From a virus (Duplodnaviria > Caudoviricetes), in IMG/VR virus record IMGVR_UViG_3300030110_005976, positions 1 to 55,577 of that record: DNA of 55,577 nucleotides; one strand, 5' to 3'. Made by a program: the position numbers and the translations under genes. Position 1 is the stretch's first letter. The number at the start of each line of letters is the position of its first letter. The notes under the pieces were generated by a model. It saw only the letters and a program-made list of their open reading frames with translations. It ran no database searches and was not told the origin of the DNA. This document shows, one piece after another, positions 17,901 to 25,320 of the stretch.

Positions 17901-20900
17901 TCCACTCGAAGCCGCTCTTGCAGCTATTGCTAGTTCAATGGAGATAGCAGGTAAAAAATTAGAAGATATAGCACTGCCTGATCTGCCCGGAATACTAGGG
18001 CCAGCTTTTGAAGCTATGGGTATTGCAGCCAGCGGTACTGTCGAAGACATTATGAATGCTGCCAGCGCTCTTGCTATCGCTAAGGCTGAAGCTCTTCTTG
18101 ATGATACTGAAGATATAGCATCAAGGATAGACGAAGTAATTGAACAAAACCTTGGTTTCCTTAGTCAAGGAGGAGTAGGAGAGGCTATTGACGCCACTGG
18201 AACCGCTGCAGAGAAAGCCGCAGCAGCACTTAATGCATTCGGAACTGGTTTAGGTGCTAGCTTAGGCCAGCTAAATACAGAGCTTGGAAACTTGTTCGAA
18301 ACATTTGGGGAAGCTGGTACAATTTTCAACAATATGAAAGATGATGCAAAGGAAGTTGCTGAGAGTGCAGTTGACGCTGGTGGCACATTAGTTGAAGACC
18401 AGCAGATTAGAAAGAAAATGACGCCCTACGAAACTCAAGCCCAGCTTATAAATGCTTTAGAGATGGCTGTTGCTACTGAAGACCAAGCAGGTATTGATGC
18501 GCTGTATAGGCTCGCTAGAGAACTTGGTGTCAGGGTCGATAAAGAAATTGTAACTAGGCGCGGCACAGAAGAAGGGGGCATGAGGTTCGGTGAAGAGACA
18601 GAGAAAGTTCCAAGAAGTCCTAGAGAAGTTCTAGACGATATAATTGGTGCAGGCTGGTTTGATGTGGAAGAAAGCGACATCATGGGAGCTGCTAGCAGAG
18701 CGGGTGTTGGTAGAGTAACAACCACAACAACGACTTCATTACAGGAAGTCAGTACAGATAAAAAGAAATTTGATGACGCTTTGAAGCTTTATACTACAGG
18801 TATGCAAAAATCCATGGAGAAGCTTAGCAGAGACAAACTCTTCGACATAGCTAAGAGAGAATCAAAAAGTCTCGTTAGCTATGGCTTGATGTCGGAGGCC
18901 ACAAACTTAGCGGGTATGGGTCAGCAGGATCTTGCGGATTTACTAACTGAACTAGCGACAATGAGAATGGAAAAGCGAGGCGATCCTGAAGAACTATATC
19001 GAGGTCTCGTAGAAATGGGGAATAGGCGAGATGCTCAAGAGATACTTAATTTAGACAATCCAGCAATGTTAGAAACGGCTCAGAATACTGCTAACGCAGT
19101 TGGATTTCTTGAAACAATAGCTGAAAATACAGGTGGTACAGGTGGATCGGCTGGCACAGCACCAGAGGGTGCAAAAGGAGGATTCCTCAGAGGCCCATCT
19201 CACGCTAGGGGCGGCATGATGGCTGAACTAGAAGGCGGTGAGTATGTAGTAAATAAGAGGGCGGTTAGAAAGATAGGAAGAGGAAATCTTGATGCTATCA
19301 ATGCTGGAAGACTAGGCTATGGTCAAGCAGGAGGTTCTATTGTACTAAATAGCATGGATGATTTAGTAAATGCAGCTGGAAGTATGAACCTTGCTCAGTT
19401 AGCTGCTTTCATGAAGAGAATGGAAGAATTTAGCGGAGGCAATGGTATACGAGAGATTATGCAGTCTCCGAAGTTTAAGGAAGCAGTTAAAGAGTCAATT
19501 AAAGAAACTGTTGGTACAGGAATGATGTCTCCTCTAGAAACTCTTCTTCAGGGGATGGGCGTTGACATGAAAAATGTCGTAAAATTAAATGACCCAATGA
19601 ATGAGTTAGTTAAAGCTCAGAAAGAATCAGCCGAAAAACTAGCAGCTGAACTTAAAGAAATTAAAGCCGCCAATGATGCTGTAGCGGAGAAACTAGCTAG
19701 TTGTGAGTGTACCGATAAGATCATCGCTTTCCTTGCAGGATTCCCTGTAGATATAGCAAAGTCAGTTATATCTGCTAATCGAGTTGGTGGTGGTGCAGGA
19801 GCTGGACGAGGAGGAGCTGGTGGCGGCGGAGGAACTAAACCGTTAGATCCTGATGGCGTCATGGAAATTACTCCCGGCGGCCCAAGACATCCCGGACCGG
19901 GCGAACCTCCGTATATTCCGGGCGGATCAGCCGGACCTCAAGGAACAAGCACTTTAGGCGCTATAGGTGACGCAATAGGTGGAGCTATCTCCGGTACTGT
20001 TGGAAATATTGTTGACGGTATTATGGGTAGCGCTTCGATGATATCTGATATCAAATCAGGGCTTGAAGGAGCTTTGGAATCTGTAACTTCCGGAATAGGA
20101 GACTTCTTCTCAGGAGGAGGTGCTCAAGGCTTCCAAAACATAGAGCCGGGGAAAGTAAGAAAGATGCGACCCCCTGCTCAGGTAGATCCCACTAAAGTAG
20201 CTAATGTACCTCATACATCGGCCACAATAGAATCAATTAGCAAGTTAGCTAACTACTTTTCTGGTTCGCTTGAGCAGTTTGCAGACGGACTTCTTGAGGG
20301 TGCTAAAGATGCAGTGCGTGTAATACGGCAAGTATCTGGCAATCTAATGACAGATGAAGAGTGGGAGAAGTATGTAGACAGCTTACTTCCTCCAGATGTA
20401 TTGAACCAAAAAAGAGTGAATGAAGCTCGCAAATCAGCAACAAGAGGAGCGGATTATGAAGTTACTGACTTTGATAAGAAAGTTAGAAATCTCACTCCTG
20501 AACAAGCTGCCATGTTCTCAGACCAAGAGAGAAAGACAGGAAGTGGTCAGGGACAGTTTACAGAAAAAGCGAGAAAAGACAGACTTGCAAAGCTTGAGTC
20601 ACAAGCCGCTAAGTTTAGAAGGGGTGGCAAATTTGGCAGACCATCAGAAACTTCAACTACCTACTATAGTGGTTTCAAAAATAGATTTGATGACCCTGAT
20701 ACACACTACAGAGAAGTAGATCCCAATGAACAAGCTCGTCGTGATAAATTAGATGCAGACATGGAGCGCGAGTATAATCGGCGTAAAAATGCAGGCAAGT
20801 TCGGTTCTGTAATGGAAATTGTTCCGGGCGGTGGTCCTAGATCTATGGGTCCCGGAGGAAAGTCAACCGCAGGAGCTACTGCACAACGTTTTAAAAATCA

Positions 20901-23586
20901 AGCTGCTGCTGCTAGAGAAAAATTCAAAAATAGGAACAGAGGTGGCGCAGCTGCTCCTCCTGCTGCAGCACAAGGACCAACTTTAACTTCAGGTCCAGCT
21001 GGCCCTAAGACAGAAATAGAAAAACAAACGGTTCAGTTGGTTGGTGGTATATGCGCATGTATTGCTTCTGCTTTTGCTTCATTATTCAAGCCAGTTATTC
21101 TTACCTTAGAAGACGTTGAAGAAGCTATCATAGAAAAGCCTGTTCCAGAAATTCCACCCGCTGAGCCTCCAAAGATTCCAGTAGATCCAGTTCCAACTCC
21201 GGACCCCAAAGAAGATCCTAACGAGATTGGTAGAATCCCTCCAATAGTAATCGACCCTACCCCTTCAGATAAAGGATCTCTCCCCGACCCTTCAGAAATA
21301 AAGAGAGGCGTACCGACACCTTCAGACCCTCCTTCAAGAATAGCGCCTCTTCCAAGATCCCCCGGAGGTCGATATCGTAAAGGCAGAGGTGGTTTCGATC
21401 CAACAGATCCTCTACAAGGTATTGACCCCAGTGCTGATCTGCTTCCTGATGGACGAGGTGCTGCGCCTAAGCCTAAAAGTAGACTAGGTCCCGGAGGTGA
21501 TTTTGTTGATCCTACAAAAATAAGACCACTATCGTCAGGGCCACTAGACCCCAGCATAGGTGGATTCCAGAGCATAATAGATGGTGGTATTAGAAAAATA
21601 TTGGATCTGAACGAATTAGCTGCGGGTGGAATCGAAGGGTTAGGCAAGCTTGAAGACATAATCCCTCCCGGAGGAGGTCTAAAACGATATATTCCAGAGC
21701 CCGGCGATGGCAAACTACCGGGGAAAAAACCCGGAGATGGCAAACTACCGGGGAAAAAACCCGGAGATGGCAAACTACCGGGGAAAAAACCCGGAGGCAG
21801 ATTTGATAGAGAAGATCCAAGGGTGCCAGACTATGGGCCGGGTAGTGAGGGTCTGGAACCATTCCCTCCTTTAGACAAAGGCCCCGGAGGACCAACCTTT
21901 ATCTCAGAAATACCTATAGATGAAGGAGAGCTTCCCGATACTATTGAAGAAGGAAACAAAGAACTTGTTAAGGCAATAGGAGGTATATGTGGATGTTTCG
22001 CAATCAGTGTAGGAGAAACCATTGAGCCTGAGATTAGAGATATAGAAGGTAATATATTAGAGTCTATTGGGAATGCTCTTCTAAATGCTGCAAAGACAGT
22101 TGGTTCTGACCTAATAGAAAAAGGTAAGAGCTTTGTTGATTTTATTACTGATAAAGATGCTATTAAGTCTACACTAGAGAAAAATAGAGCAGAGCTGTCT
22201 GCAGTGGGAGATGTAGATGTTGCAAAATCTGGGATTGATAATATCTTTGGATTTATAGACGGTATAAAAGCAATAGTTAATAACATACAAAAAGGCCAGC
22301 CTTACGAAGGGCTTGGAGGAAGGCCTTATGTGGCTACTCCAATGAGAGATCAAGAAGGCAATATGACAGGATTCTCTCCAGTTCCGCAAAGGTCTGCTGC
22401 TGGTCCGGGTAGAGGTCCTCTGTTCTTAGGCGTTGGAAGAGCTGGGCAAGAACGTTACGACACGATGAAGAAGAATAGGGATAAGTTTGCAGCACAGTTA
22501 GAAGATCCTGAGTTTTTAGAGCTTGCAAAAAAGAACCCTAAAGGCTATGCTGCTAGAATACTCGCTCAAAAAGAAGCCTTGGACGCAAACTTACAAGAGC
22601 TTGAAGAAGTATATGGTTTTGGAGCAGGAGCCGCAGGTCAAGCAAACGAAGCTAAAGATAAAGCTGAGGCAGCAGGAGAAAAGATAGAACCCGGAACTGA
22701 GACTGTACGCAAAGACCCAGCCTTAGCCAGCGCGCTAGCAAAGAATATGGGATTTGATTGGAATCCTAGCGATGAGATGGGGATAAAAGATTTAATTGTC
22801 TTTTTGAAGAACACTTGTTTATCAGTACAGTTCTGCGACAAAGGAACTGATCGTCCAACTCCAGAAGAGCCAAAACGTCCATTCGATGAAGGTCCAGTGG
22901 AAGGTCCGGGAGGACAGACATTCGTTCCTGATGACGGAACTGATGGAACCATCTATAAGCCTGCACCTCCAGCCTATGCTCCAGACCCATACCCATCAGA
23001 TATGAGTCCTGACGATGATTATGAGGATGGCGATTTTGATTGGGGTGGCGAAGGTGTTTCTCCGCCGTCAATGAGAGTTCAGGACCTATTCCCTCCCGGA
23101 GGAAATCTAGACCGAGAGGTTGCCCCTCCGAAGTTCCTCGGAGGCCAGTCAGCCATTGGCACACCATTTGGAGGCAACGCAGGTGGTAAAGCTCCCGGCG
23201 ATGAAACTTCTGTTAATACAGGGAATATAATTTCTAGACTTGAAGGAATTGGCCCTCTAATATCAGATGAAACAGTTAATAAATTAACAGCCTTTGGAAA
23301 TATATTTAGTCAGGGTGTTGCAGCCTTTGACGGCTATATAGGAAGATTAGAATCAGTTGCACAAAGTTTGCCTACTGAAATAGTTATGACGCTACAAACT
23401 CCTAGAGTGGAGGTTATAGTAAATATGAACAATGCAACTAATAGAATAACGCAGGTCGTTGAGAGTGTAATACAAGGAGAGATTGGAGACAAGTTCAAAG
23501 AAATGTCTCAAAGGATTACTTCTCTTGAGAATAAGAACAATCCATTAGGAAATGATAGTTCTGCAACTTACCCTAACAACCCTTAA
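11971..23586 (+). CDS. Giant tail tape measure protein (3871 aa), multidomain
   Basis: TP901-type core near the N-terminus (ALEFEREMVKLQQVTG...RESAETIATGLRTIFTRI...LGGMRQ); Ala/Gly hydrophobic segments; coiled coils; GGFLRGPSHARGG...EGGEYVVNKRAV motif; Pro-rich C-terminal third. Confidence 0.9.
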   Translation: MAFNINAHVILQGPKNIKAVTNSIKQQLQGISVPVNLQTGQVASTNQQVTTLTKGMKGLQNSATATSKSLKTVNAATMASATAMNKSGGAAGKMGKNLKSVASNANQAGGAMRMLGRETALTFKRFAAAGIVTATVFRLGSAISEATGKALEFEREMVKLQQVTGKTAGQLNKLKTAVTTVSKDLGISANELAEISRLFAQTGQSLKEVESSMKAVARSSLAPTFGEMTQTAEGLIAAMNQFGIGANKAEAILGSLNRVSKKFAVESQDLIAAIRRAGGVFAMAAGQFKDPIDALNEFNAIFTAVRSTTRESAETIATGLRTIFTRIQRRGTIEMLRGLGIELTDTQGKFVGLFESFRILSRQLDKIVQKGDAITLSAITEELGGMRQIGKLLPAIREFRKAEAAFKEAQQGAVEGLGKDVEKGLEPLIKQFEKVGARFEDFIRTISESRTFKQLAQFAIDTANAFITLGEALTPILPLLTQFAAMRLARGAFSFGQGFFGSTKGLGAQGLGQRVGGVVAGKPTGAAPTQHISNNTTALLKNTTALSTLTTSLKPLSTVATELKRLHTIIGRLESEIRTLGTAVRARATASPYYGSSSGSRRGRRPFGGGGRVGFRAPVVPRVPKPTAKRGAEPITTSAAKKKTGLTGEVAIMPGISQHARPATTFGVVSLRPENETEAFHAHVNYSQMGGTIDTPAGKVSQRNNKFQALTKSKKSGTTGVTIQVLGDSLDSATAEQFEANLSEAMRKAVEIESNEIRNNLGIKSGATPDPRKAGINFENISGNLFELMLNTVGAPYTPDKIQANDAFDFPKGLGLNLSDVFTKWPQLVKTKTDAKRTLNKDAMLSLMKKGRNTLDALNQRLNVSASKTTRRAGLGWTRNERGFGAAEGLAKRQIKDEQYWTDDGLLKAILMPGELVSFGADPSTARQIAAGNVNAVANLNPMKTGVVPGTGNRDTYPMDLPPGAVVVPKGLSEEAMGEGYEPRRPLAYGGRVGRGRVGLFGGSQIPASQRGSGGGGGGGVGPATANFGMLADAAVGVAFSLQMLDFSNLTNALTSIGQLALVIPSAIAAFAEVPLVLQAAQAKIASGPLIGGAGIAGAAIASGFIAETLAKSLAAKFSGPEEQGAVEGVSRLSEEGIKTANAIRLVGSVVGGLTTALILMKLGVGGFGASIAGIGTAVVLAMRAFDDYNINLKKAAEFVQFDKFSKGIDKAIDTLELFNKQAFVSAEGITNITEATNSALQFNRQLASAASERALAEASASTGTGAIIGSILGGLIGFAVGGGPVGAAVGATAGAGLGEAAERYIVQGDAGDRAEAALKAADRMLEAVSDKLIESVTQAFEKIADDFVKSLDDGSAVFNKIGAIEAPLSGVGSTALEIGASFKLLQEVLKNTGEQGKAFADFMNTKVRAGMVESIKASGDNVKRLYSIAAAKGIDFTDVNKLKDNLAMLADAAGMTGEEAVLAAQSLVAFQAEQERNAINALKQKAAQEQLNRMLESVTKSLNLFVTGLEIMASVMETAAGRFSTFSSEVGDFASYLMGGGGRIMQPGRAAINPFTNIEASSAEAIEAGIERVGKLTGADTGGLSETMKLRKAIPELAKSLGDAAGTTKIQTGEQLKGILGDVLKDKFDIDISLLPPAVLASLERGLNAQVKGREGMSVNQLVRDEGMGALLDQFGEAAEQVRVALENSYKAVIQAQKDMIDVINQYIGVEKYRIDQSLKANAIIESTNSSLDRFRSETDYFRTANERVINRLNAIDRGQGNVTLNPAAQAAAVAQARESAASDRAAIAKLTGTAFGPEASVEEIRAVLENSGTIFDEAVLRLVDSLASNEKALIRETKKLEELIAETERLEAVNATLTDVQKAQMDSEAQARFFINQLARIEGEPDPIRRGQMLSELMRPFTAFSKALNGGTLSMRDFAALVENFDSRIRPILRSQGLSEAEINQVRRGFFAKFSNEFPGIFSSAVSQSFVSVRGPLEAALAAIASSMEIAGKKLEDIALPDLPGILGPAFEAMGIAASGTVEDIMNAASALAIAKAEALLDDTEDIASRIDEVIEQNLGFLSQGGVGEAIDATGTAAEKAAAALNAFGTGLGASLGQLNTELGNLFETFGEAGTIFNNMKDDAKEVAESAVDAGGTLVEDQQIRKKMTPYETQAQLINALEMAVATEDQAGIDALYRLARELGVRVDKEIVTRRGTEEGGMRFGEETEKVPRSPREVLDDIIGAGWFDVEESDIMGAASRAGVGRVTTTTTTSLQEVSTDKKKFDDALKLYTTGMQKSMEKLSRDKLFDIAKRESKSLVSYGLMSEATNLAGMGQQDLADLLTELATMRMEKRGDPEELYRGLVEMGNRRDAQEILNLDNPAMLETAQNTANAVGFLETIAENTGGTGGSAGTAPEGAKGGFLRGPSHARGGMMAELEGGEYVVNKRAVRKIGRGNLDAINAGRLGYGQAGGSIVLNSMDDLVNAAGSMNLAQLAAFMKRMEEFSGGNGIREIMQSPKFKEAVKESIKETVGTGMMSPLETLLQGMGVDMKNVVKLNDPMNELVKAQKESAEKLAAELKEIKAANDAVAEKLASCECTDKIIAFLAGFPVDIAKSVISANRVGGGAGAGRGGAGGGGGTKPLDPDGVMEITPGGPRHPGPGEPPYIPGGSAGPQGTSTLGAIGDAIGGAISGTVGNIVDGIMGSASMISDIKSGLEGALESVTSGIGDFFSGGGAQGFQNIEPGKVRKMRPPAQVDPTKVANVPHTSATIESISKLANYFSGSLEQFADGLLEGAKDAVRVIRQVSGNLMTDEEWEKYVDSLLPPDVLNQKRVNEARKSATRGADYEVTDFDKKVRNLTPEQAAMFSDQERKTGSGQGQFTEKARKDRLAKLESQAAKFRRGGKFGRPSETSTTYYSGFKNRFDDPDTHYREVDPNEQARRDKLDADMEREYNRRKNAGKFGSVMEIVPGGGPRSMGPGGKSTAGATAQRFKNQAAAAREKFKNRNRGGAAAPPAAAQGPTLTSGPAGPKTEIEKQTVQLVGGICACIASAFASLFKPVILTLEDVEEAIIEKPVPEIPPAEPPKIPVDPVPTPDPKEDPNEIGRIPPIVIDPTPSDKGSLPDPSEIKRGVPTPSDPPSRIAPLPRSPGGRYRKGRGGFDPTDPLQGIDPSADLLPDGRGAAPKPKSRLGPGGDFVDPTKIRPLSSGPLDPSIGGFQSIIDGGIRKILDLNELAAGGIEGLGKLEDIIPPGGGLKRYIPEPGDGKLPGKKPGDGKLPGKKPGDGKLPGKKPGGRFDREDPRVPDYGPGSEGLEPFPPLDKGPGGPTFISEIPIDEGELPDTIEEGNKELVKAIGGICGCFAISVGETIEPEIRDIEGNILESIGNALLNAAKTVGSDLIEKGKSFVDFITDKDAIKSTLEKNRAELSAVGDVDVAKSGIDNIFGFIDGIKAIVNNIQKGQPYEGLGGRPYVATPMRDQEGNMTGFSPVPQRSAAGPGRGPLFLGVGRAGQERYDTMKKNRDKFAAQLEDPEFLELAKKNPKGYAARILAQKEALDANLQELEEVYGFGAGAAGQANEAKDKAEAAGEKIEPGTETVRKDPALASALAKNMGFDWNPSDEMGIKDLIVFLKNTCLSVQFCDKGTDRPTPEEPKRPFDEGPVEGPGGQTFVPDDGTDGTIYKPAPPAYAPDPYPSDMSPDDDYEDGDFDWGGEGVSPPSMRVQDLFPPGGNLDREVAPPKFLGGQSAIGTPFGGNAGGKAPGDETSVNTGNIISRLEGIGPLISDETVNKLTAFGNIFSQGVAAFDGYIGRLESVAQSLPTEIVMTLQTPRVEVIVNMNNATNRITQVVESVIQGEIGDKFKEMSQRITSLENKNNPLGNDSSATYPNNP
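21700..21796 (+). repeat. 30-bp tandem repeat x3 encoding PGDGKLPGKK
   Basis: cccggMgatggcaaactaccggggaaaaaa repeated three times, with one substitution in the first copy. Confidence 0.95.
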
Positions 23587-23606
23587 TAAACACAGGAGAT
23601 TTTTAA

Positions 23607-25301
23607 ATGTCAGTAACAGGAGTTGAGATGTTCTATGGCGATTATCAGTTTAAGCCTGCGCCATTAGTAGATATCTCTCGGGAAAAATATGTTACCAATA
23701 ACGGGACTGTCCTTGGTGGAGGATATAGGGTAACTTTAAATGGGACTTTGCTTCCGGGAACCGTTCAAGGTAGCGGATTAACTGGCGACGACTTAGCTGG
23801 AGCTATTACACTACCTAAAGCAGAGGGTCATAGATATGATGGTCAAGCTAATGCCTATAATAGTTTTAGAGCTAAAGACGACCTTTTATATGCTCTTAAT
23901 GAAGATGGCAAACTCTTCTATGTTAATTTTCTAGGCTCAGGCCCTATGTGTTCTGGCACAGGAATGTACAGTTCGGACACTGTTGTTAGTAGTATAGAGT
24001 TCTCAAGTCCTGATCAGTGGGTAAAAAGGGTAGAGTATAGTATAGAGCTATTTTGTAGAAATGAATTGTCAGCTAATAGCGGCGGCACAACTGGAATTTT
24101 AGATGGAATTTCAGGGATATTACAATCTCAGGATCAAGAATACTCAGTCGAGATGCTTGCAAAACCACAGCAATTTGGCACAGGAGCCACTCCTATGTGG
24201 CTTCAAGTTGCAGTTAACACTTCAAAACAGTCCCTTCCCGGATTAGGTGCTTCAGTCTCTCCACCTTCCGTTAGTTTAAAGACACCTATAGATAACTTTA
24301 TAACAGGCATAGGCTTTACAGGTAATTTTCGAGGAGCTGATACCGCGACTCTTACACAGAGAACCCATAGTTTTGATGAACTTAATAGTACACATAGTTA
24401 TAATGACGTATATACAGTAAAGGATTGCTCTGGTGATTTTAAAGGATTAGGTGTCCCAAGTGGAAATGTAATAGATACATTTAACGTGGATGTTGAATCT
24501 AGTCTTGAAAGCGCAATAGTAACAGTTAATATACAAGGTGAACTTAGAGGGATTGAGCCCTATTATGGTACTATAAGTCTTTCAGGAAGTGGAGAACCCG
24601 GACCTCTAAAACAAGCCGGAAATAAGATGTCAACTGCCATCTATGAGGCTCAGTCATATCTAGATCAAGCGATTTATCATACTACAGGAAACAGCTCGGA
24701 CCCTGATGCTCTCCCCCCTAACTCCTTCCGATCTTATGATTTTAAAGAAAAAGGCACTACTTTATTCAGTAATAGAGCTAGCACCGCATATAGTGGAGTT
24801 GGAACCCCTGCTGTCAGACTTTTAGCTCTAAATCCCGAACCACTTTCCAAGGCTATTGGATATAATAATAATGAGGGGATAATAACATATAGTTTAAGTT
24901 ATGACAATAGACCCGAGAATTGTTATAGCGGAGCTTTATCAGAAACCATTAGTATAACAAGAGGTCGTCCGATACCAGTTCATGCTAATCTCACAATATT
25001 AGGAAGATCCCTAGGGCCAATATTACAGGATATAGGAACACAGTCAGCTTCTACTACAGAATGTAGTATAGAGGCCGTAGTATTACCTTGGACAGGATTC
25101 TGTACGGGCGATATGTTTGGAAATGTAGAATATTATCATACTCCTACCGGATTCTATGATGAATTAGTCTCTGCTGTAGAGAGCGGAATAGGTGATGAAT
25201 TTGATACGCATTTCAGAACTGCAGATAGTATAAACTGGGACCCTAAGACAGGAAGACTTGGAAGAACATGCGCTTGGATACACACTCATTGTGATACATA
25301 A
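23607..25301 (+). CDS. Tail protein (distal tail/hub candidate, 564 aa)
   Basis: AGGAG SD; first gene after the tape measure gene; beta-rich and Ser/Thr/Gly-rich. Confidence 0.55.
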   Translation: MSVTGVEMFYGDYQFKPAPLVDISREKYVTNNGTVLGGGYRVTLNGTLLPGTVQGSGLTGDDLAGAITLPKAEGHRYDGQANAYNSFRAKDDLLYALNEDGKLFYVNFLGSGPMCSGTGMYSSDTVVSSIEFSSPDQWVKRVEYSIELFCRNELSANSGGTTGILDGISGILQSQDQEYSVEMLAKPQQFGTGATPMWLQVAVNTSKQSLPGLGASVSPPSVSLKTPIDNFITGIGFTGNFRGADTATLTQRTHSFDELNSTHSYNDVYTVKDCSGDFKGLGVPSGNVIDTFNVDVESSLESAIVTVNIQGELRGIEPYYGTISLSGSGEPGPLKQAGNKMSTAIYEAQSYLDQAIYHTTGNSSDPDALPPNSFRSYDFKEKGTTLFSNRASTAYSGVGTPAVRLLALNPEPLSKAIGYNNNEGIITYSLSYDNRPENCYSGALSETISITRGRPIPVHANLTILGRSLGPILQDIGTQSASTTECSIEAVVLPWTGFCTGDMFGNVEYYHTPTGFYDELVSAVESGIGDEFDTHFRTADSINWDPKTGRLGRTCAWIHTHCDT

Positions 25302-25320
25302 AGTTAAAGGAAGATAATAA

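Noticed and set aside
21033-21773. 246-aa antisense ORF and the many other short antisense/overlapping ORFs in the track
   Set aside because: They are shadows of long sense genes (Pro/Gly-rich or biased codon usage), with no SD or recognisable motifs.
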